A program made the translations under genes and the position numbers. Under the pieces are notes generated by a model. That model did not search any database, was not told where the DNA came from, and saw nothing but the letters and a program-made list of their open reading frames with translations. This document shows positions 11,991 to 24,974 of a stretch of DNA of 64,000 bases, one piece after another. Origin of the DNA: Tubulanus polymorphus (lineage: Eukaryota > Animalia > Nemertea); assembly GCF_964204645.1 (NCBI RefSeq), contig NC_134027.1, positions 11,688,485 to 11,752,484 on the forward strand. The letters run 5' to 3'. Position 1 is the stretch's first letter; each line of letters opens with the position of its first letter.

Positions 11991-13491
11991 ATCATAAGGG
12001 CACGCAAAGGGAAATGATATGCGTTTGTCTTGCAAGAAAAAAATTTAAATCACTAAATCTCAATATGAATTGAACGTTTTATCGGGTAAGGTACACTGTA
12101 ACATATCATTTGATTGAAAGAGTTTGAAAAGGGTTACCTTTTGAAACAGTTGTAGGAAATAACTCCCCCAGGTAAAAATCCCCTCCACTTTTTATGCATC
12201 ATAGATTGGCCCTGGCCAAACTGACACGAGTAAAATTTGGCCCGCACCTAAATTAGAGAGCTAAAATTTGGCTCAGGCCTGGTCTGACGTTTTGGTCCGG
12301 TCAAACAGGCACGGGCCCATTTGGCACCCATGTGTAGAGTGGTGGACGATGCCAGTTAACATCTTCAGAAATGACACCAACATCACGCGCTAAATACTTG
12401 AATGAAAAGCTGTCGCAAATTTCATATAAAAAGTGGTATCTCTTTTTCTCTACAGCAGGGCGTCATTGGCCAAGTCAATCTTGGTTTAATGGTTTCGAAT
12501 CTCAGTTTCTCAGGCGATAGTTCTTCATCGGCCTCTTAAAAAGGTGTCAATCGACTGATTTCAATTAACCGGCGTAAGAGCTCAGCTCGCATGACATTTA
12601 CAGGGCTGCCAACTTCTTACAAGTGCTATCGTTAACAAATTGAATTTTTTTCAGTAACATTTCATTGAAATGTGTAACAAAATGTTCAAATTATTCAGTG
12701 ATCGACCGTAAGACCTTCAGTAACATCTTTCATATTTCTCTACGTATCAAACAAATCAAATGAGTATTTCTCATTATGAAATTAATACATGTAGCGACAA
12801 ATACTAAAATTCAGGAACAGTTGTATGAAAAGATAAAGACAGTGACAATTTTCGCACCGCATTCTCGAGAGATGGTACGAGGGCCATTTAACGTACGCAA
12901 ACCCGACCACAACAATGGAATGCCCTGGATGGCGCTCAATGGTTTGAGGGATTGCGGAAAATACACTATTTCATTAATAAGCACCATCTCGAATTGTCAT
13001 TAATCACGCATTACGGAATTCGATAGTTACGTTTCCACCTGTCGTTTCGTTCGGCGTCGTCTAATTGATTATTTCAACACAAACCTCGTTACGACTCTTC
13101 AAAAAAAAAAACCAACCATATTCGCATAATTAACATGTACTACGATTTTATCCTGACATTTCTTTGTTTGTCCGTGAAACAGTTACCAGTCAAAAAGGAC
13201 AATCTATTGCCATAGCAACTGAACACACGCATGACACGAGTAACAACTTCGGGTTTTCGTCAACTCGCGTTTTCAAATGAATAGACCCCCGCAGAATGAA
13301 GCGATATAATTCAGTTATTATTACTTGTCGGTAATACATGTCTTCCTCGAGTTGGATATTAGAAACGTGATAAGCGCTCGCGGTTTAAACTTGGCACTGC
13401 TTAAATACGGCTGATAGAATTTCGAATAAGGTTTTGGGTTATAAATAAAAATAGTACGGAGGTTATGAAGCTATACTAAATGGCCTCTATA

Positions 13492-13776
13492 GCCTATAGA
13501 CCTGCTCCAACATTTTTGGTCAGGGTAAATTTGGTCCGGGCCAAAAACGCTTGTGTGATCATGCAAATCACTCACTTAATACTAAATAAAGCTTAGACAA
13601 AGTAAAGTGAGTTACTTCCGGAACCGGTTGCAATTCACAAGCAATAATTTGACCCGTGCTAAAATTTGGCTCGGGTCTGGTATGACGTTTTTGGTCGGGC
13701 CAAACAGTTACGGGCCCATCTGGCACCCGTGTGAACAACTGTTAGTCCAGGCCAAAATTCATCGTGTAATCGCAGC
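13492..13776. mobile_element. MITE family A (rearranged left end)
   Basis: Body matches 1096-1390; right end GTGTAATCGCAGC. Confidence 0.75.
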
Positions 13777-14227
13777 TTATGGCACAGCATTAGTAAGGAA
13801 ACTAGACTCAGTTCCACAGATCCGAGTTAAAATTTGACTTAAAACATCGAAATTGAACTAATTTAAGTCAAGAATTAACTTTAACTCACAACTGTCAAAC
13901 TGGGTACTGTGCTGTTAGTCTGCCACCGGTTTGAATCCCAATTTCGATAAGGGTAGCAGCATTTTCTCACGGCTGGGTACCTCAGAACTTTCAGAAATCC
14001 TCAGAAATCGAAATAATCGGAATCGGCTTAATTTCACACGCGTCTTATTATACGCACATCCGGAGACGACTCTCGCGCTATCGGGATAATTCGTATTATC
14101 ACGAGAGCATCGCGATTTTCTACGAGTTTAAATGTGCCTTCGGAGAACAACGGAGACAGAGAGCGCATAATTAAATCAATTGGCTGTAATGAACTATTAG
14201 ATCAGACACATCAAGTCTCGCTGCCGG

Positions 14228-14995
14228 CAAGTCGCTACAATATCAGCTGCCAAGATCATTGGCAAACATCTTGTCGAGTGTCTTGACAAATCTGAACTTC
14301 GCGGTATAATTATTACTTCTCAACGCCGTGGTTCAATAATTTTCAGACCGTATTGATATTACGTAGCTTTACCAGGGGCGGATCCAGGGGGTTCCGAGGG
14401 TTCTGTAATACCGTCGAGCGTTGTCCGTGCCCCTCGGAGATGCCCCTTAATTCCATGGATTTGAGTTGAAAGTGCCCTGGTTCGGCATGATTTGACGTAA
14501 GAGCCCCTGAAAACCATAAAAGTTTGATGTGCCCTTGTTTGTCGGGATTTGATATAGAAAGTGCCCTCCCCCATAATAGTGAGCACCCTTATACAAATGG
14601 GAACCCTCGAGATGAATCCGCCCCTGTCTACAGTCATGCAAGTCGCAATAATATGAGCTACTAAAATCATTGACAAACATCTTGTCGAGTGTCTAGAGAT
14701 ATCTAAACTTCGTGGTATAATTAATACTTCTCAACTCTTTGGATCAATAATTTTTGGGACCCCTATTGATATTACATAGCTATACAGTCATGCAAGTCGC
14801 AATATATGAGCAACCAAAATCATTGACAAATATCTTATGGAGTGTCTTGACATATCTAAACTTCCTCTAATTATTACTTCTTAACTCTTTGGTTCAATAA
14901 CTCTTTGGTTCAATAATTTTCGGGACCCTTATTGATATAACGTAGCTATACGGTCGCGCAAGTCACCGTAATATGAGCTTTGACAGATATCTTTG
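14228..14995. repeat. Tandem repeat of about 145-160 bp (about 3.5 units) interrupted by a MITE
   Basis: Recurrent CATTGACAAACATCTTGTCGAGTGTC...AATTATTACTTC...TATTGATAT.AC.TAGCT. Confidence 0.85.
14373..14626. mobile_element. hAT-like MITE family D (CAGGGGCGGATC...ATCCGCCCCTG)
   Basis: Inverted termini; similar ends at 36279-37853, 56122-56732 and about 62331-62583. Confidence 0.85.
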
Positions 14996-16248
14996 TCTAG
15001 TGGCCTGCAAACATCGGGAGGTCCAGTCACCGATTTCGCCTAGAATGGCTTGTCTGATCTCAAGTACAACGCCTGAGGTCACCTGAGGTCCACAATTATT
15101 TTGAACTGAACGCTAAGGTCATGTCGGCTTCAAGCCGGTAATAGGGGTCGGAACAGGGTAGAAATCAAACTGCAATGGGACGAAAATAGCTCTCCGATTT
15201 TCAGTGAGCGACGGCGAGTAATTTCAACTATTTTTTTCATTTTGCGACCAAGAAAAGTACGACGAGATAGGCGAGTTTCCGACTTATAAAATCCGACTTC
15301 CGAATATAAATTTCTTCGAAAAAGAGAATGAGAAATCGTCAAGACCATCAATATTCATCCGATGGAGCGATTACGCGACTTAACGCCACGATCCGACTTA
15401 CGCAAGGTTTACCGCGCAACTGATTTAAAAGTTCAAGAATATGCGTACATTGCGAGACTAATTTAGAACACAGTGTACGGCGTAATCCGATTGATTTTTC
15501 GAGCTGGCGTCGTGCCACACTGTCGGCGTTTTATTTTCGTCGATCGATACAAGAATCGATCGTTCGAAGCTCGAAGCCGCCGCCGTTGTCAATCGATTTC
15601 GCGAGCGCGTCTCACTTTGCGGGGGAAAAAAGCGCGACGAAAAATACAAGATTAGAGCGGATTCCGCGTTTTGTCACTTCGTATCATAAATAAACGCGCA
15701 AGAATTCGATTCCCAATTCGAATCGAGTTTCGCAATTTTTCCACTCGCGGTTTCTACGATAGCGCGATGCGAAGAACTCGAATTAAGTCTCCATGTCAGG
15801 GGCCCTTGCAAAACGTTATTTTTCAGGCTGCGCATGGAGCTCTATCGGTAATCTCATAACGTAACTTTCTATCAGCCGATAAAAAATCATCGAGAAAAAG
15901 TTTAAAAGGACCGCGGGTCCAGTAGGACTTAACGTTTGAACACAAAACGGAGGAATGGATCTTTCCATATCAATTCCAACACCTGTTTCCCTCTTAATGA
16001 CAAAATATCGGCTGTTTATTTCCCGTGGTTACGATTTGCGCCACAAAGAGCTAACAAAAAGTTTCTCTCAGAACCATTCTGTAAGGATCAACACAGTTAA
16101 TGCAGTTGATCCAAAAACTGTGTTGAACATAAAAATGACAAAAAGATGTTTGAATCGAATCGATTATTTTCGTGCTAATTGAACAACATAGTCGTTGTAT
16201 GTAGTGCAAGAATCAGACACAGACAGACAGACAAGCGATGAATCATTA

Positions 16249-16570
16249 GCCGCGATCACACGGAGACGATTTTGCCCGGGGCCAAAATGGCACGGATCAG
16301 GCCCGCGTCAAATTTGGTCGGTGCCTTATCAGAGGGCAGGCTCACGTGTAAACCATTTACTCGAAACTAGACAACGCTTCAACAAAGTAAAGTCACGTTC
16401 AGAACCTGTAACAATTCATAAGCAATAGTTCGACCTGTGCAGGCCTGTTCCAACATTTTTGGTCAGGCCAAATTTGTTAACATAGGTGCCAAAACTGTTC
16501 ACGTGGGTGCGAGCGTTCGGCACCAGCATGAGCAGTTGTTCCGGGCCGAAAACGCCCGTATGATCGCGGC
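16249..16570. mobile_element. MITE family A
   Basis: TA|GCCGCGATCACACGG...CCGTATGATCGCGGC|TA. Confidence 0.9.
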
Positions 16571-17033
16571 TATTAGTGCATGAAATCAGGGAAGCTGCTT
16601 TGAATTCGCAACCGGAAACAACCCCGACTTCGTCGAAAGAAAATCGGTGAAGATAAATGTCATCATTTGCATGAGATCAACGGTGCTTGAAGATAACCGA
16701 AACAAGCGTTTTGAAACCGACGATCAAAACCGATCCGAGCGTCGATGGTTAAAAAAAAACGCTTTACAAAATTCTTTAATGATACACGATGCAGCCGTAA
16801 ATATTGTGCAAAACCCGAAACCTGACAGACCGAAATACGATTAAATTATGATTAGTAAAAGACTTTTTCGAAGTAAAAAGGACAGATCGAAAAAGAAAGA
16901 AGTTAGTCGTAACGTTTAAATGAAATATCCGGGAGTAACCCCTCGAGTATTGATGTACGCATATGGCTGAATAAAACCAAGTGACTATACCATGAATGTG
17001 GTGCAAAACCAGCTCACCAGGTGGCGTGACTAA

Positions 17034-17376
17034 AGCTAAGCTCAGGTCGACTTACGACCTGATCTTCTCGTTGGATCGGGAACTGTTTCGACACGAGTTT
17101 ACTTACGACCACGACAGATTGACCGCAGACCTGTCATAAGCCGAATCGCGAGGATAGAACAAGTTCTATTTTCTACAACCCGATCAGATCGTAGTAGCCA
17201 ATCAGCGACAAGTTATGCGTCACATGATCTTCAGTCTCGGGGTTTGACCGACTCGTAGTTGACCTCGAGTGCTCGTAAGATGTCGCGACAAACGAATCGG
17301 CAATCAGTGGTCACGTGTCCGCTACCGATGTTCTTACAACGAGATGATCCGGTCGTAAGTCAACCTGAGGTTAGCA
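17034..17376. mobile_element. Harbinger-like MITE with TAA flanks
   Basis: GCTAAGCTCAGGTCGACTTACGACC...GGTCGTAAGTCAACCTGAGGTTAGC, TAA on both sides. Confidence 0.85.
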
Positions 17377-18661
17377 TAACAGTGGGCCACAGTCGGATTC
17401 AATTTCACTTGATTTTGAACTAAATTTCACTGAATCCAGATGTTGTCATACGAGCGACTTAACCAATATATAAGAGTTTCTATACTCTTATATTGAGAGA
17501 AAAGTTCGCAAAAAGACTACCAGTGAACGTTGGCACATGTAGAATCGATTGCCATTGTAGCATTGTCACAAGACCTGATTGGTTTTGCACATCATTTTGA
17601 GAACGGTCGATTCGGGTAATGTCGTTTTCATGATAAAATCAAGCGGCCATCAATATCGTCGGAAGGGGTTCATTTTTTCTAATACTCTACCTCACTGGTG
17701 GACTACTACCGAATGAATCGTCTCTGCTACCGCTATAAAATCAAAATCCGACAAAAACATAACGATTTAGACGTATACGGCTACAAGCATGTGATGACGG
17801 TCGGGTTACATTCAAGATTTACATGTTGAAAAGGAACAAGGACATACAGAAAACTACGCTCAAGTCGGATCCGGTCAACTTGGATGCGGCCGTTTAACTG
17901 AAAATTTTGTATGGAAGTATTCATGAGATACCTGGAGTGGAGTCTGACCGTGGAGTCTGAAAATTTTCATGACTTGAGCGAAGTTTATCTAGGTAGCTAC
18001 TCTAATGATAAGTAAATTGCCTAAAAAGCCTGCCACACTTGGAGGCCATTGGCATGCCCCAAATAGCTTATGGTGCATGCCACCTTCGTGCAATGTCGAT
18101 CATTCATGTCGTAGCCCTAAATATCTATGCATACTCGTGACAAGCGCCAAATTCCGCCTTAACAAAAGCATGTAAACGAATGTTCCAAAAGATCCCTATC
18201 GAAAATTCAACTACGGGTATGGCGACATCATGTCCATTTAGCAAGTGGTCTGAAATACTCAACAATCTGGCAACTTCAATATTCAACGCTCCATCATAAA
18301 CGTATATAAAAACTTATGACCTTGAAGTTCGTGGTACATAACAATATACAACTCCCCTGGTGGCAAGAACAATTCACTCGGTAACCCCAATTTTTCTTCA
18401 ATTGCGGTTTAACTAATGCATTTGTTTGTGTTTACAATACACTTACAGCCTACGCAATAGAGGAATAGAACAAATTGGCTTAAAAGATTATAGTTTATAG
18501 GATTAATTAATGATATGTCGCGCAGAAAAATTTTCCCTACTGCCTTGTGTTTGAAATCAGAGATAAACACTACACAGTTATCATGCCATAAAATCTATGC
18601 GAATAGGGTGTGGATCGTATTGAAGATAGGACTCGAGTGATATTCAATATTTCATTCCAGT

Positions 18662-18665
<4 letters not shown>

Positions 18666-18703
<38 letters not shown>
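18666..18703. repeat. (AT)n microsatellite
   Basis: Direct reading. Confidence 0.97.
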
Positions 18704-18707
<4 letters not shown>

Positions 18708-20207
18708 CACCTTAAAACGTTGTTCTATGAAGATTTTAAAGAATCAGTTCTCTGGCCAAAATATAGACAAGTTTACTATAGGAATAAAATCAACTTTTTC
18801 GCTCTTATTTCATTATTCCATTGGATGATCACGGCTGCCAAGCCAAAATTCTTCATTCGATAGGGACAAACCATAGTCCATAGGGCTTGAGTCAAAATTT
18901 ATCCACCCTAGGCCTAGCAGGAAAAATTTGTTAATGGGATACAGGCACTCAGCAGATGGCGCAACACAACACTGCGTTATTCTAAGTGAAAATCAGTTCA
19001 TTTTCAATGAAATTTTAACTCGGTTTTTTTAGGCATCAAAATCTGAAAAACTATCAAAATTTCAACTCGGTTTTTAGGCTTCGAAATCCGTAAATTAACG
19101 AACGAGTCAGCGAATAGATATACGTAAGATTCGTTTTCTCACTCAGCTTATAGTATAGGTTTCGCGGAAGATCAATTTACTACTAAGGTTTGCTCAAATT
19201 TAATAGAAACGTAGAAGGATATCGAACCAGTGAATGCGTTATCGCGGAATCCTTGCTCGCCAGAGTAGCAGTGCGGTTACCCTATTGCACGATCGATCAA
19301 ACTGAATTGGGACATTTAACACGTCTGTGTATGACAATGAGACGTCAATAAACTTTTTAATTTCTGGAAATTTATCCATAAATTGTGCTATTTCGCTTGC
19401 GAACCGGTCGGAGCAGGAGTTGACTACGTACTACGAGGTTACGTGGGAAGTACTTCTAGTTCTATACGCAGATATGGACATATCGCATCTAATATTAATC
19501 ACACTATTGGGACCGAGTGACCAGATGACCGCCGAGAGTTAATCCTAAACCATCTCGCCATATCGGTGTTTCGTATGTCATAATCGCATGTCATCAACAG
19601 AATATTCAAACGGACATCGCCGCCGATGTTATCTCTATCCCTCTAAACACAATCGAGTCAATACGATCATTAAGCGGTTCATCGGACGAGGGTCAAGTCG
19701 CGACAGAAGTGGTGGCTATGCCAGTGCGAGTTAATGTCTTTGTCCACAATCAGCTCCCAAAATCCGATAGTATTACAGTAACACTGGCCTAACTAGTCGT
19801 CGTACTTGGAACCATTGTCGTCGACGACTTAAGATTTAGTGAATTGAATTGAAAATACAATATCGGCCCAAAAATAGAGACGACTGCAGTGATAACTTAT
19901 ATGATGACAATTAAACCGAGTTTAACTGTAGCTGATCTATTTATGCTGTATTATACAATAACATGGCTCAGAGGGCTATTCTTCCTATAAATTGAAATTC
20001 TTAAAATGCCCTACACAAAATATCTAGAGCCGCTTTTCACTAGCATCTGAGTTGATTGAGATGTGCTTGAACTATATTAATTTACAGTAATGATGATATA
20101 ATTTCCATAGTGGCGCTTTTCATTAAATTGTTATTATCACCTTTTTGCCGATAAATCTCTAACCATGTATCAGTCATATCTTCCTGGGGAGAAGTAAGCT
20201 TCCCTGA

Positions 20208-20337
20208 GTTGTACGATCTAACCACCCGCCCACACCGCTCCAGGTTTAGGGTTGTAAGGTCTAACCACTCGCCCACACCGCCCCAGGTTTAGGGTTGTAC
20301 GGTCTAACCACTCGCCCACACCGTTCCGGGTTCAGGG
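20208..20337. repeat. 43-bp tandem repeat, 3 copies
   Basis: GTTGTA.G.TCTAACCAC.CGCCCACACCG..CCAGGTTTAGG. Confidence 0.9.
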
Positions 20338-20836
20338 GCACACTCACACTATCCCATTACTCAAATTATGCTAGTAACACAATAACCGTTTCAGTACCCT
20401 ACAAGTCGACCATTTACTGATCGGGAACAATTTCGGACCCGTCCCTGAATCATACACAAACTATTATTCAAAAACAGGGTCCATACAGATCGGTCATTCC
20501 TGGACATAACAAGTTTTAAAATAGGAGAAAATTTCAAGCAAATTTTTATCCTTTACACTAATTAAACTCAATTTCTAATTTGGTAACTACCTACTTGGGC
20601 AAAAGAAAATCCTGGTCCCAACTGTACCAATTCAGGAGTAGTTTACTGTACAACTACAAACTAGACAAACATTTCTAATTTCCAATTTTCAAAATTGAAG
20701 GAGTTTTTGGGCGTTTTGCTTGAACTAAACGAGTTACAAGCACCTTTATAATAATTTCATGTTCATGAGGACCTTTTAGGGAATCAAGAGTCTTGGGGAC
20801 TCTGAGCAAAATAAAGAGTATCGTCATCGTATATAC

Positions 20837-21010
20837 CTGGGTGACAAGGCTAACGGCTCTAATTTCATTTTCGGCGATGGAGCAGAGTTTTTCCTAAGCT
20901 GCTGTACATTTAGATGAGAAGCCTGTTGTTCTTGTTGTTTTCGTAGACACCGTTCCGCTAGCAGGTAGTACGTTGCGGCTATATGGTTGTATTCATTTCT
21001 CTCTAATGCT
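20837..21010 (-). CDS. SNRK: SNRK coding exon 4 (174 nt; end of UBA-like region)
   Basis: poly-T+ACAG acceptor; (K)ALERNEYNHIAATYYLLAERCLRKQQEQQASHLNVQQLRKNSAPSPKMKLEPLALSP; YNHI.ATY.LLAER is the SNRK UBA motif; donor AG|GTATAT; phase 2-2. Confidence 0.93.
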
Positions 21011-21187
21011 CTGTAAAAAAAAAAATCACATTTTTGTCATAGTGATCAAGCGGTAATTCTATCTTCTCCCCACCAACCCCAGAGATCGTGAATAAACATT
21101 TTCGTTTAGAGATTCAGCCGGCGAGCACGAAAAGCAAACATTGTTGATAGCTGCTGACAATAGTTCACCGATAGCAGTGAACCATAA

Positions 21188-21433
21188 GCCGCGATCACAC
21201 GGGCCATATGTAGGACCAGGCCCGAGTCAAATTCTAGTGCAGATCAAAATCATTGCATGTGAATTACTGCAGGTTGCGGAATTGATGCACTTCACTTTGT
21301 TTAAGCATTGAATTGTATCGAGTGAGTGGTTTACGGGTGAACGCACTCTCTAATTAGACACCGGCCAAATTTGACTCTGGCCCTGATCCGTGTTGATTTG
21401 GCCCGAGCCAAGTCATCGCTGTGTAATCGCAGC
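21188..21433. mobile_element. MITE family A
   Basis: GCCGCGATCACAC...GTGTAATCGCAGC. Confidence 0.85.
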
Positions 21434-22009
21434 TTCGATCTCCAGCTTGTCGCAGGGAAAAAGTTTACACATTGACTTTAGGCGCGCATATATTAGCATT
21501 ACGGCTGCTTTTAGCGATTCATTGTGACACGATTCTCTGCGACCGCTGACAACAATCGACCAGCTAAGATCCTCAAACCTACGCGCCCTTGATACAGCCA
21601 ATGATGCCTTTATTCGCAATGAATTGCCCGTGTTCTACTTTCAGTGACAAGCATTAAATTCGTCTCACCTGGTCATAACTGACAGTGCTACATGATGATA
21701 AGTCCCGTACTTACTAAAACGTAAATCCAGAATTTCTGGACATTTTTGAGAATTCAAACAGAAAAATATCAAAATTTTGAAGAAGTTTACAACCAAGAGA
21801 AGCCTATGCAAGATATTATTGCAATAGTAATATTATGCAATCAGCAGCACACTGAGTGCCTTTTATTAATCTTAAGTTGATAGATACCAATTCTGCCAGC
21901 GAAAAGAAATACATTGACCAGTGAAAATTCTTAAACTTTCCCCAAAATCTAAGGAGTTTCAGAGAGTGACAGAATAATTTCTCAAAATTAAAAGATTGGA
22001 GATCTTCAC

Positions 22010-23310
22010 TTGCTCAACAATCTAACAATTTTAATATTCAACGCCCCCTAGTGACCAGATAGAATAACTAATGTCCTTGAAACTCACCACAATCATAGAC
22101 GATGTCATGAGCTTCAACTTTGCAATTGATTGTGGTAACAAAATATGCTTAGGTATCAATATAATGTTGAAAAACTTCCCACCTACGAATGAGTACTGAT
22201 GACACCAAGATGGCCGCTAATTGCGTCATAATTGGCTGATCAAAAATACCTGTCCCAGGTATAAAACATCCCTTTCCAAAGAATATCCATCAGCAATTGC
22301 AATGAGAAATGTCAAACAAGTAGGAAGCTACAAAATTTACATTTTTGGGCACTTACAAGGTCATAGGATGGCCATCTTGAGTCCGATCGACCCAATTTTT
22401 AATACGCTGATGGGCCCTGGGGGGATTCAAATATATACGAAAGATCAAGATAATTGATTAAAGCATCATCAAAATTTCCCTCGAAAACTTCAACAAGAGC
22501 CCCAAGGGGCACAATGGCCAGCCTGTCAGATTTGCTTTTTATAAATGATGTAATCTGTGGGTTATATTTATCAATATACACTCCCTGCTCAATATCATTT
22601 ACATAGTAAAATCGTGTGTTAACACAGACAGCAGGAACGAATGTAATATAGAAATACTAAGTTATTGTATTGTTCAACGCCCCCTGGTGGCCATAAAAAA
22701 AACCAATGAGCTTGAAACTCACCTCGATCATAGAACATGTCATGAGCTACAACTTTCCAATTGATTATAGTAGCAAAATATGCTTAAGTATCAATTATGA
22801 TGTGGAAAAGCAAATTTTTTCCCACCTACGAATGAGTACTGATGACCCCAAGATGGCTGCCAAGTGCGTCATAATTGCCTGGTCAAAAATACCCTCTCGG
22901 ATATAAAAGATCCCTTTCCAAAGAATACCCATTACAAATTGCAATGAAACATGGCGCACCATTAGAAAGCTACAGTACTCAGAATTCAGGCCAAAATTGA
23001 CATTTTTGGGAACAAAAAAGGTCACAGTACGGCCATCTTGAGTCCGATCGACTCAATTTTTCTCATGCCGATGGGCCCTCGGGGGATACAAATATATACG
23101 AATGATCAAGGTTATTGATAAAAGTGTCTTCAAAATTTCCCTCGAAAACTTCAAAAATGTGTAAAAAGTGCTGATTTTGGCGAACAACAATGGCTGCCAG
23201 TCGGCCATCTTGAATCTGACAGGGCCAGTTTTTGGCCTGAAGATGTGTCTAGTGTAGATACACGTATAAAACAAATATCAAGACATTACCTTGAAGAGTC
23301 TTCAAAACTT
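22010..23310 (+). mobile_element. Helentron/HINE-like element family E (two partial tandem copies)
   Basis: Extensive identity to 36380-37607 (TTCAACGCCCCCTGGTGGCC, CAAGATGGCCGCC, GGCCATCTTGAGTCCGATCGACC); 3' end truncated. Confidence 0.8.
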
Positions 23311-23465
23311 TGGAACTCTCACGAACTATCTAGATGGTTATCTCTCGACCTCAATAGCTTCAAGACCCATCTCAAAACAACTTTGTTCCATGCAGCATAC
23401 CATTAACTCTCGGAAAGCGAATTGTATTTAACATTTTTTGGCAGAATAAAATTTGATTGAATTTG
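23308..23465 (+). mobile_element. 3' fragment of a CR1/L2-type LINE
   Basis: LWNS...LDLNSFKTHLKTTLFHAAYH-stop resembles CR1/L2 ORF2 C-termini, followed by AATAAA and a TTGA-type tail. Confidence 0.55.
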
Positions 23466-24729
23466 CAATTCGGGCACATGGCTAATTAGCATATCAAGGT
23501 CACACACCCGATTTGGTAAAACCTTTTTTTCGCGAACCTTGCGCAATTGTCAAGGATGAATTTTCTGTAGAGCAAATAAAAATTCCTCCCAAACACCAAA
23601 TCAACTAAAGATTTCATAGAAATCGATCTTGAAATACAATTTTAAATCTTAAAATTAAACCTGGAAGTAAAACAGTAGACGATACCGCGGATTCACGTGA
23701 ACACCTGATATCTGTAAACGAAATGTTGGTTGAGACAAAATTGTACAGACGGTTTTAGGTGGTAATAAGTACGGAAACGTAACGACCATGGTCGACTTAT
23801 TCGATGAAATCAGGCCTATGTGATATCCAAATTTTGACTTTTTTATTCTCCAGACCTCCCTGATATAGAAATAAAAAATTTTGGTGGTACGAAAGTGCAA
23901 TCACAGCGCCGACGGGGACAGAGCCGTGTCAGAGATCGGCGGAGTGAAAATTGAGGTGGACGAACACGAAGAAGTAGGCTATTGCGCTACTTGAATCACG
24001 AAAACTCCTGGCGCGGCCCTGACGCTTTTCGTTGATTAAGTAATACAAATATCATGCAATGGGTTTTCACAATCTACCGCTGGTATTTACCGGATTTCAA
24101 TATCACTCCAAAATTCAAAGAAACCTCGAAATATCGAACCGGAACACTTCCGGTAGATATCCGCGGCTGCCCAACAGGGAAACTTATTTGTTTCAATAGA
24201 TATTGATAGGATCCATCATCTTCACCCGTCAAGGGATTCGAACCCACTAAGCTAAAGCCATCAAATCGGGTCGGGCCAATCACAGCGCTTGTTACAAACC
24301 ACATTAGGCTTCTGTGGAATTTCCCAGTAAATGGGCCAATCAGCGAACACGTAGCGAACGCGGAAGTATTGTCGCGTGTTGATACATGACATCATGCGCA
24401 AAAGCGCCAGTAATGAAATCGCGATAATTCACGTGAACAGCTGCTGATATTTTCAGATAAACCAATCACAGGGAAGACACAACTTCCTGATTGGCTGATA
24501 AAAATTGAAATTTTCCCGATTTAACTTTCGCGAAAAATGCAGAAAACATTTTTATGAGACCCTATTTCAAAATTCTGCTCGCTACGATTCCGAGAATGGA
24601 TTACGCTTAAATACGTGATTTGTTCGAATATGCCCTCACTTGGCAAGCAAAAGAGCCTTTTGTGTGGAAACCATGTCATTTAAATTCGCTCCATTTGTAT
24701 AGTAATAGGCTCAGCCTACGGCTGGCCTA

Positions 24730-24974
24730 AAAATTTGTAAAAAGTGCTGATTTTGGCGAACAACAATGGCTGCCAGTTGGCCATCTTGATTCTGAAAGGG
24801 CCAGTTTGGGCTGAAGATGTGTCTAAGGTAGATAGATACATGTGGAACCCAAATATCAAGACATTACATCGAAGCGTCTTCAAAACTTGCCAAAATAACT
24901 GGATTCCGTCTACGGACGGACAGATGTGAACGCAATAGCCCGCTGGGACTTAAGTCCCAAGTGGGCTAAAAAAA
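24730..24974 (+). mobile_element. 3' fragment of family E
   Basis: Matches 37345-37607 including GACGGACGGAC and the terminal hairpin AGCCCGCTGGGACTTAAGTCCCAAGTGGGCT-A(n). Confidence 0.85.

Noticed and set aside
20246-20295. TTTAGGG telomere-like motifs
   Set aside because: Single motifs inside a 43-bp tandem unit, not an array
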